From IMG/VR virus record IMGVR_UViG_3300020042_012680, positions 1 through 64,000 of that record: a stretch of 64,000 nt of DNA, one strand, 5' to 3'. A program made the translations under genes and the position numbers. Below, one piece after another: positions 48,430-55,579 of this stretch (the stretch's first letter is position 1; each line of letters opens with the position of its first letter). The notes beneath the pieces are model-generated. The model saw only the letters and a program-made list of their open reading frames with translations, searched no databases and was not told where the DNA came from. Origin of the DNA: a virus. Its lineage: Duplodnaviria > Caudoviricetes.

Positions 48430-49953
48430 TTATTTAATATCAAATCCTTCGAAACCAAAAGCTTTGCTGTATTTTTCGCGTAGCGAAACTTCAGCAGTTG
48501 CTGTTGAATTTGGAATAGAATTTTTCTCAACGTTAGAATTGTCGAGAACTTCATCTACAACTTCGGTTGCAGATTGTTCTGAAGATGCTGAAGCTACTAC
48601 TTCCTCTTTAATTTCAGAAGCCTTAGCTTTTTTCATTTCTTCTTCTTTTGCTTTTTTAGCAGCTTTATTTTTTTCTTTCATAAGAACTGCCATCTTGTTT
48701 TTATAAGCAGCAAAAGTTTCATCATTTAAATCTTTAATATCTGTTGCAAGAACTTGACGATCTTCATCGTTTAGATCGTATTCTTCATCAAAAGAAGCCA
48801 TTCTTAAATTAAAAGCCTCTTCTTTTGCTTTAGCAACTTTTTCTTCTTCAAGTTTAGCAAGAGAAGCTTTGACTTTTTCTAGTTCTTCTTTTACTTTTTC
48901 GCTTTCTGTAGAAAGTGCTTCGTATTTTTCTTGAGCGGCTTTAATAGCGTTATCTTTTTCATTCTTTTCTGCTACGAAAGTTTCTGAGGCTTTCTTTAGC
49001 TCTTCTTGAATAAAATCAGTTAAACTAGAAGCAGTTACCTGCTTCAAAAGTTCGTCTGTTATTTGGTTAATATTTTCTATTTTCATAATTATTCTGTTTA
49101 TAACTCCTTCTTGGTTTACAGTGTTTTCTTCCTTTTGTGAAATATTATTTTCAGCATCAATATTAGATGAATCTATAGATTCTTCTTCTTCTTGCTTAAT
49201 TTCTATATTTTGGTTATCTTTTGTAGCTACGCCTTGTACGTCTGCAGCAGGATTTGCTGTTAAACCTATTCCTAGCGGAATAACGTTTCCTAATACTTGG
49301 CGATAAATAGACTTATCTTTGTCTATTTTACCACTACCACCAAAAGCTTTTAAATTTTTCTTTAATTTATCTTTTTCTTTTTCATCTGATATAATTTTAG
49401 CATCTTCTATATTTTTATTGTTATTCTCCAAAATAACTAAATCATATTCATTAAATCCTAGTTCCCAGCTAGCACTAACATTCATGTAGTTTTCGCTAGA
49501 AGGATCGTTGCTTTCCTCTATGAGATTAGATAATTGAGGATTTATAATTTTCCAAATTACTCCACCAAGAGTAATATAAAATGGCTCTTTCATGTCTTTT
49601 GCTTCTTCTTCAGAAAGAGATTCATTTGTGCCAAATTTACTAAAATTAGCAGTCAATATACAACCAACGACTTTTGTTCTATCGTGCTCTACATTAATTG
49701 GTTTGTTAACAAAATTTTTAAGCATTTCGGTTGCTGTTAAAGAATCTACCACGTCTCCATTTTTGTTGACTCTATTAACAACGCAAGCATCAAAAGCAAT
49801 TGGCAATAAATCTATATTTTTATCTGTATCAATATCTGGTAAAAATTTCTTTAAGCTATTAATAGAAGCTAATGATAAGTACTTATCTTTATCTTCGCTA
49901 ACTATAGGCTTGATTTGAAGATTTGCGAAAGTTGTTATATATTTTAAATTCAT
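48430..49953 (-). CDS. Prohead protease-scaffold fusion
   Basis: NKNGD, KPINVEH, SASWE, GIGLT.NPAADV, then a long Glu/Lys coiled coil. Confidence 0.85.
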   Translation of the reverse strand: MNLKYITTFANLQIKPIVSEDKDKYLSLASINSLKKFLPDIDTDKNIDLLPIAFDACVVNRVNKNGDVVDSLTATEMLKNFVNKPINVEHDRTKVVGCILTANFSKFGTNESLSEEEAKDMKEPFYITLGGVIWKIINPQLSNLIEESNDPSSENYMNVSASWELGFNEYDLVILENNNKNIEDAKIISDEKEKDKLKKNLKAFGGSGKIDKDKSIYRQVLGNVIPLGIGLTANPAADVQGVATKDNQNIEIKQEEEESIDSSNIDAENNISQKEENTVNQEGVINRIIMKIENINQITDELLKQVTASSLTDFIQEELKKASETFVAEKNEKDNAIKAAQEKYEALSTESEKVKEELEKVKASLAKLEEEKVAKAKEEAFNLRMASFDEEYDLNDEDRQVLATDIKDLNDETFAAYKNKMAVLMKEKNKAAKKAKEEEMKKAKASEIKEEVVASASSEQSATEVVDEVLDNSNVEKNSIPNSTATAEVSLREKYSKAFGFEGFDIK

Positions 49954-49957
49954 AATA

Positions 49958-50551
49958 TTAAATAATAATATCTAAACCATATATTGATATTCCATCTTCT
50001 TCATCATCAAGATAAAGCTCATCTGGAGATTCAAAATCAAAATCATTTAAGTTGTAATTTTTAATGTCCGCTTCTGATTCAATAAAATCTTCTTCGCTTG
50101 ACTCAAGATTTACTTCTATTATATAATCGGTCTTTGATGCTTTTGCTATGTCGCTATCAGCTTTGCGATAAGAATCTTTTACTTTACCTCCACTTACCAT
50201 TCTGAGAAAAGTATTTACTCTTGCCATTGCCCAAGAAACTCGTGATTGTCCTGGTCTATGAGAGGAAGAAAATGCACCTGCGCCCCTTCTGAAAACTTTT
50301 TTTAATTGCCCAAGTGTGACTTTTTTCTTATTTTTACTATTATGTTCTTTGACTTTATTTTTGAGAGCTTCTATAACTTTTTTAGAAAATTCAATAGCCT
50401 TATCGCTTTTAGTTCCTGCGCTGCCTGGCTTGTTTTTGGCTGAACCCTTTCGTCTTTCGTTTGGTTTTGCTGGGGTTTGAGCAGATGATTTTGGTCCAGG
50501 TCTTGCAGCTTTGATAAATTCAAAGCCATATTGTTCTGAATTAATACTCAT
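49958..50551 (-). CDS. Basic head-region protein (DUF5824-like)
   Basis: LKKVFRRGAGAFSSSHRPG...WAMARVNTFL; basic N-half, acidic C-tail. Confidence 0.55.
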   Translation of the reverse strand: MSINSEQYGFEFIKAARPGPKSSAQTPAKPNERRKGSAKNKPGSAGTKSDKAIEFSKKVIEALKNKVKEHNSKNKKKVTLGQLKKVFRRGAGAFSSSHRPGQSRVSWAMARVNTFLRMVSGGKVKDSYRKADSDIAKASKTDYIIEVNLESSEEDFIESEADIKNYNLNDFDFESPDELYLDDEEDGISIYGLDIII

Positions 50552-50590
50552 ATATTTATATATATTACACGCTAATTTAATTAATTTAAA

Positions 50591-50737
50591 TTATTTATTA
50601 TACAATTCTCTACTGGCGTCATCTGCAGAACCCATAGTTGGAGTTTCTGGATATTTAGTTGGTAATTCTCTACTATCAAAATTGGGTTCTGAACAACCTA
50701 TTAATAATAATGGTAATATTAATATTAGTTTCCTCAT
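50591..50737 (-). CDS. Small lipoprotein (o-spanin/Rz1-like), not in the ORF track
   Basis: MRKLILILPLLLIGC-SEPNFDSRELPTKYPETPTMGSADDASRELYNK; lipobox LIGC; GTGTAA 8 nt upstream. Confidence 0.75.
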   Translation of the reverse strand: MRKLILILPLLLIGCSEPNFDSRELPTKYPETPTMGSADDASRELYNK

Positions 50738-50745
50738 AACAACTA

Positions 50746-51372
50746 TTACACTTTTAAAGATTCTTCAATTAATTTAGCTTCAGCATCTCTTCTTCTGCTC
50801 ATTCCTTTTTCGATACTTCCACCAATCCATATTCTTTTCATATTTCTTATTTGGTTTGCAATAAATGTAAGAGCTTTTTGATCATAAACTGATACTAATT
50901 TCATGCCATCTCTTATTAATTTCATTTCGCGGCGACGATCACCTTCTAAGGCTGCTCCTCTATTAAAAACTAAACTAACTAATCCACCTTTTGCATCTTC
51001 TGGAAGATTATCAAAATTAGGAAAAGTTTGTTTAGTTAAATTATAAAATTTAGTTACTGTTTTATTGTTAAATACTTTTAATGCAAGATCCCAAGGAATA
51101 TTAATATTTTTTAATCCTATAATAAGATTCTTTGCATTATACCCTTTAATACCAACTACTTTATATAATCTATCGAATATTTCTTTTGGTAAATCTTTCC
51201 AGTCTTCACTAAATTCAGCTTTATTAACGTAACCCAAATCGTAACCTATGCCAATTGTAACTCCGCTTTGCTCTCCTGGCCAAGTTGGATTTTTTAAAAA
51301 TTTATTATAATAGTTTTCACCACCGCCAACTTCAAATTCGAGAATAAGATCTAAGGATTTTTTGCTTAACAT
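50746..51372 (-). CDS. Endolysin (pesticin/T4-lysozyme-like muramidase)
   Basis: LEFEVGG...WPGEQSGVTIGIGYDLG, ALVSL-like GLVSLVFNRG, L..RR..EA. Confidence 0.85.
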   Translation of the reverse strand: MLSKKSLDLILEFEVGGGENYYNKFLKNPTWPGEQSGVTIGIGYDLGYVNKAEFSEDWKDLPKEIFDRLYKVVGIKGYNAKNLIIGLKNINIPWDLALKVFNNKTVTKFYNLTKQTFPNFDNLPEDAKGGLVSLVFNRGAALEGDRRREMKLIRDGMKLVSVYDQKALTFIANQIRNMKRIWIGGSIEKGMSRRRDAEAKLIEESLKV

Positions 51373-51375
51373 AAT

Positions 51376-52224
51376 TTATTTATTATAAAAATATTCTTTT
51401 ATTTTCTTTAAAACTAAATTTGGTTCATAAACTGATTCGAAGCCTTCGAATTTAGCAAAGAAATTTATTTCTAATACATATATTTTTTTAGTATCATTAT
51501 CCACAATAAAATCTATAGCGCAGTAATCTAAGTCTAATAAATTGCATATTTTTTCTGCAATTTGTTCTATTTCTACAAAATCAACTTTATGAAAAAGTGC
51601 TCCTGAATAAAAATTAACAATTTCATTGTTTTGATTTTCCTTAAAAACTACACCTAATGATTTTTTGTTTACCAACATTACTCTATAATCTTTTTTATTT
51701 GATATAAATTTTTCTAAAAAAGTATTATGTTTGTTCATGATATTTTTAAATTTTGATTCGTTTTTATCCTTTGGAAGGCATATTCCTTTACCAAATGAAC
51801 CTGCTGTCATTTTAAAAATAAAATTATCTTTATTTTCTATTAAAAAGTCATTTGAAATACCTAAAAATGGAATATTATTTTTTTTAAAGAAAAGGTGTTG
51901 ATTGACTTTGTCGTTAATTAAAGTATAATTTTTTGAGTTTAAAAAATTTCTATTAAGTAAATTAATATTATTATTGTTAATTTTTTCTAAAAAAAGATTA
52001 AAATTATACGGTTTTGAATAAACGACTATATTTTTAAAATTTTCAATGTCTATATATTCATTATTTAAACAAATACCTAATTTGAATTTATCATCATTTA
52101 TAGAGTAGTTGTATTCATCCTGGTCAGCAATGACAAAATCATTATCTTGAGTCAATTGCTCTAATATATAATTATTAGTATAAACTAATGGATTAATTAT
52201 AAATAATATTTTATCTTTACTCAA
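51376..52224 (-). CDS. RimK-like ATP-grasp ligase
   Basis: DK...NNIP, FK..AGSFGKG, LEKFI..DYRVM, IDFI...YVLEIN. Confidence 0.85.
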   Translation of the reverse strand: MSKDKILFIINPLVYTNNYILEQLTQDNDFVIADQDEYNYSINDDKFKLGICLNNEYIDIENFKNIVVYSKPYNFNLFLEKINNNNINLLNRNFLNSKNYTLINDKVNQHLFFKKNNIPFLGISNDFLIENKDNFIFKMTAGSFGKGICLPKDKNESKFKNIMNKHNTFLEKFISNKKDYRVMLVNKKSLGVVFKENQNNEIVNFYSGALFHKVDFVEIEQIAEKICNLLDLDYCAIDFIVDNDTKKIYVLEINFFAKFEGFESVYEPNLVLKKIKEYFYNK

Positions 52225-52226
52225 AA

Positions 52227-52433
52227 TTAATCCTCAGAACCTTCGGTTGGATCAATTCCCTCTTTTTCTATCCAATCGTCTAAGATCTTTTGAACAGCCT
52301 GTGGAGTCATTTGTTTTAATATATTAGGTACCTCATCATGATTTTCTGATAAAGCATGCTCTTCAATTATACAGTCCTCTATGAGATCTTTTTCTTCTTG
52401 CGTTAATTTATCAAAATAATCTAAACCGTTCAT
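52227..52433 (-). CDS. Small acidic protein
   Basis: 68 aa, Asp/Glu-rich, ends EGSED; GTGTAA at 52456-52461 upstream. Confidence 0.7.
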   Translation of the reverse strand: MNGLDYFDKLTQEEKDLIEDCIIEEHALSENHDEVPNILKQMTPQAVQKILDDWIEKEGIDPTEGSED

Positions 52434-52455
52434 TTATCTATTTTTTTCTATTATA

Positions 52456-52533
52456 TTACACGTTATTATAATAGTTTTCACCGCCACAAACTTCAAATTC
52501 TAATATAAGGTCAAGAGATTTTTTGGTTAACAT
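52456..52533 (-). pseudogene. Truncated second copy of the endolysin 5' end
   Basis: MLTKKSLDLILEFEVCGGENYYNNV* vs endolysin MLSKKSLDLILEFEVGGGENYYNKF. Confidence 0.92.
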
Positions 52534-52538
52534 AATTT

Positions 52539-53075
52539 TTAATTAGAAGTAAAGTATTCAATATCTGCTAAAGCTTTTTCGCTTTTATTTAATATTTTTA
52601 AATTTAAAACTACTTTTGGGTCTTGATATTTAAAAATTATTGATCCTATTTCTTTTTCTATAACTAGATCATCTAAAAATCCTGCGCCTTGATATAATTT
52701 ATTAGGATGTTTTTTCATAGCTTCTGAATAAGTTGTCCAAACGTCTATTTTAATATCATTTAAGAGCCAATGAGATCTTCTTAATCTATCTGTCCAAGGG
52801 GTTCGATCTTGAGGTATATTGTTTTGATTAAAAGATTCTATATAAGATTCATTATCCTCGCGCTGTATTAATAGATCAATATCTTTAGGGATTCTATTCA
52901 TCTTTTGATAATGTAAAATTAAAGCTGTGCTACCAACAATAGCATATTTTACCTTAGAAGAATCTAATATAGAAGAAATTTGAACTATAGTATTAAAATA
53001 ATTTTCTATATTTGTTATGTCTTCTGTTGAGATATTTTCTATTTTAAAATTTTGAATAAATGAATTAGAGTTCAT
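52539..53075 (-). CDS. Nucleotidyltransferase-fold protein
   Basis: YAIVGSTALILH...RIPKDIDLL (G[S/G]...DxD), IDVW. Confidence 0.75.
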   Translation of the reverse strand: MNSNSFIQNFKIENISTEDITNIENYFNTIVQISSILDSSKVKYAIVGSTALILHYQKMNRIPKDIDLLIQREDNESYIESFNQNNIPQDRTPWTDRLRRSHWLLNDIKIDVWTTYSEAMKKHPNKLYQGAGFLDDLVIEKEIGSIIFKYQDPKVVLNLKILNKSEKALADIEYFTSN

Positions 53076-54211
53076 TATAATAATTTATCATAATATTTTC
53101 TTTGTAAATATCTATTTATCAAACCGTCCTCTTCAGTACTTAAAGATTTATCATAGACAAGAACTTCACTTAAGTATAAGTCGCTAGGTATTACCCCCGC
53201 AGCGGGGGGATATGGTAGTCCTCCGCCAAAATTATTATGACCAAGAAATAAATTACCCACGCTCTGCTGGAAAGATGCTGTTACACTCTTAAAAGCGGCG
53301 CTCCCAGGAAATTCATTATAATAACTGCAAGTCACATCTCTAATTGGTGATGCTGAATTAGTTTGATAATTACTTGATATTTTTAATATACTTGGGCGAT
53401 AGCCTGCAAACATACTTTTAGATACTGAGAAGATTGCAAAGGGTGAACCAAAAATATATAATGTAAAATTATGAAGCCCGGCGACAGGAGTAGTAGAAGT
53501 AGATTGTAAATATAAAATTTGACTGGGACCATTAGTTATTCCAAGTATATTACGCGTGGCATTACCTAAATATTGATCTACAAGAACTATATAAATTGTA
53601 AAAGGAAGAAAAGCATTAATAGTATTAGTTGTTTGAAATGGAGTTTTTAAGAGTTTAGCTTCTAAGCCTTTTATTGTTGAAGATATTATTCCTTGGTTAG
53701 AGGGATCTTTTCTTGTGGTAAGATGATTATTTTTTCCACTAACATCAGACCATACATATCCCGAGTATGCTCCTTCCGTTTCGGAGAGGTAGTCGTAATC
53801 ATTAATTTCAAAATTATTTAAGTCGTTATATGTGGTCCATGGACCAAACAAGCTTTGAGCGTATCCATAATCATTATCATTTACATCATATAAAATCCAC
53901 AAACCGTTGTACACACTATAAGATATATAAAAACCAAACTCATCTCCTAAATATGATGAATTATTGTCAAGATAAAAAGTTGTATCTATATCTCCACCAT
54001 CGTAATTCGCTATGAAATTCAACCGAAACAGTATATAATATTCTGCATCTGATGTCAAACTACCTTGTTTTGTCCATAATTGAATATTAGAAATATTTTT
54101 AGGATTATCAAATTCAAATAAGCTTAATTTTCCACCACCACCAAGGTTTTGTTTATTAATAGAAATCTTGTTATCTTTACTTAAATTAGAATTAGCTTGT
54201 AAACGACCCAT
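53075..54211 (-). CDS. Concanavalin/LamG-like virion protein
   Basis: IQLW...WSDVSGKNNHL...LSEVLVYDKSLS.EE..INRYLQRKY. Confidence 0.65.
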   Translation of the reverse strand: MGRLQANSNLSKDNKISINKQNLGGGGKLSLFEFDNPKNISNIQLWTKQGSLTSDAEYYILFRLNFIANYDGGDIDTTFYLDNNSSYLGDEFGFYISYSVYNGLWILYDVNDNDYGYAQSLFGPWTTYNDLNNFEINDYDYLSETEGAYSGYVWSDVSGKNNHLTTRKDPSNQGIISSTIKGLEAKLLKTPFQTTNTINAFLPFTIYIVLVDQYLGNATRNILGITNGPSQILYLQSTSTTPVAGLHNFTLYIFGSPFAIFSVSKSMFAGYRPSILKISSNYQTNSASPIRDVTCSYYNEFPGSAAFKSVTASFQQSVGNLFLGHNNFGGGLPYPPAAGVIPSDLYLSEVLVYDKSLSTEEDGLINRYLQRKYYDKLL

Positions 54212-54216
54212 TTTAT

Positions 54217-54633
54217 TTAATTATTTATTTTATCTATGGTCTTGTCTAGTATATTATCTTGAGCTACTTTTTCTTTTAGCCAAGAGTTAAGAACTCCAAA
54301 ATAAACAAGATGCTCACTATCAATTAAAAACAATTCATTGCCAAAAGTATCCTTATAAGGTTTAATTCCAGAATCTTCAACTAGATCAATTGCTTTTTCT
54401 TTTTTAAATTTGATTCTATACATTTTAATTAAATTATTATATCGTTCACGCGCCTGACGAGTAATAAGAGCATCATCACCAACAAAAGAAATCAATCCAC
54501 CATTATCTTTATCATATTGTTTTGGTGTTGTGGCGTCATAAGAAGATTTATCATCTTGTATTTTATTGGGAGTCACAGTAGCACAACCAATAAAAAGAAA
54601 ATTAAGAGCTAATATGCTTACGAGCTTCTTCAA
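54217..54633 (-). CDS. Lipoprotein (o-spanin-like)
   Basis: Lipobox FIGC at residues 14-17; overlaps the upstream gene. Confidence 0.7.
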   Translation of the reverse strand: MKKLVSILALNFLFIGCATVTPNKIQDDKSSYDATTPKQYDKDNGGLISFVGDDALITRQARERYNNLIKMYRIKFKKEKAIDLVEDSGIKPYKDTFGNELFLIDSEHLVYFGVLNSWLKEKVAQDNILDKTIDKINN

Positions 54634-54802
54634 GATATTTTTCCTTTACTGCTTTCTCAATTTCACTTTGATGGTCAACTTCTTTTTGAGCTTGTTGACG
54701 ATCTTTCATTTCTTTTGTATTCTTGGCGCCGAATACGTTGTTAATTGCTGCGAATATTCCAGATACTGCTGAAAGTATAGCTGTTAATATTCCAGTTGGC
54801 AT
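54602..54802 (-). CDS. Putative i-spanin-like protein
   Basis: MPTGILTAILSAVSGIFAAI (hydrophobic) + charged coiled coil; start at 54802. Confidence 0.5.
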   Translation of the reverse strand: MPTGILTAILSAVSGIFAAINNVFGAKNTKEMKDRQQAQKEVDHQSEIEKAVKEKYLEEARKHISS

Positions 54803-54804
54803 GA

Positions 54805-55254
54805 TTACTCTACGTAACTTGCTGTTGCATCTTTGCATCCAGATGCAATAGCGTTAAGTACCTTGATGGCGAGTGCGGTATTACCATCTAGTCTTGCAAA
54901 TTGTTGAGCATAAAGATCTTTGATTACAGTAACATAATTTGCCCAATGAGTTTTTTCTGCTGGAAGATAATCATTAAGAGCTTTTTGAAGTTGCTCTGGA
55001 GTTGGAGTATTTCCAGCTGTTAATCCTTCTACAATAGCAGCAACATGATTAATCATTTTAGCTTTTTCAATTCTATCATTACCAGAAACTGCTTGATCAA
55101 GAACTACTGTGCAAGCTAATACTACTGCTGGCTTAACATAAGGAAGAGTATTTTCAACACTTGTTGCAACATCAACTTTTCCAGTATTGGTTGTAGCGCA
55201 AGCTCCAAGAAATACGCTCAAGAGAGCAACTGCAATTAGATTTAATTTATTCAT
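54805..55254 (-). CDS. Lipoprotein
   Basis: Lipobox LGAC at residues 16-19. Confidence 0.75.
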   Translation of the reverse strand: MNKLNLIAVALLSVFLGACATTNTGKVDVATSVENTLPYVKPAVVLACTVVLDQAVSGNDRIEKAKMINHVAAIVEGLTAGNTPTPEQLQKALNDYLPAEKTHWANYVTVIKDLYAQQFARLDGNTALAIKVLNAIASGCKDATASYVE

Positions 55255-55532
55255 ATGTTTTCTCCAGTTCTTTTTTCTGCTTCATTTGTTTGAGCTACTG
55301 TTCCACCAGTAACTGCTGCATCTTTTACTGTTAATGCAAAAATAATACCAGATACAACTGCAACTAATTTTGAAATTCCTGTGATATAAACTTCTGCTTT
55401 GTCTGGAAGAAATGCAACCAATGAGGGATCAGAATGAATTGCTATTGCCGTACAAACTGCTACAACTGTTATAACGCCAGATGAGCTAGATCTCCAATTT
55501 GGACCAAATATTTTAGATAGCATAGTTTTCAT
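55251..55532 (-). CDS. Holin-like membrane protein
   Basis: Two hydrophobic segments after NWRSS..G; first gene of the lysis cluster; GTGTAA 6 nt upstream. Confidence 0.6.
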   Translation of the reverse strand: MKTMLSKIFGPNWRSSSSGVITVVAVCTAIAIHSDPSLVAFLPDKAEVYITGISKLVAVVSGIIFALTVKDAAVTGGTVAQTNEAEKRTGENI

Positions 55533-55579
55533 AAGATATTACACATTATTATAAAAGAAAAAATATGTAATATCTAATA

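Noticed and set aside
50511-50777. Track ORF of 88 aa on +
   Set aside because: Antisense shadow of the real 48 aa lipoprotein (50591..50737, -).
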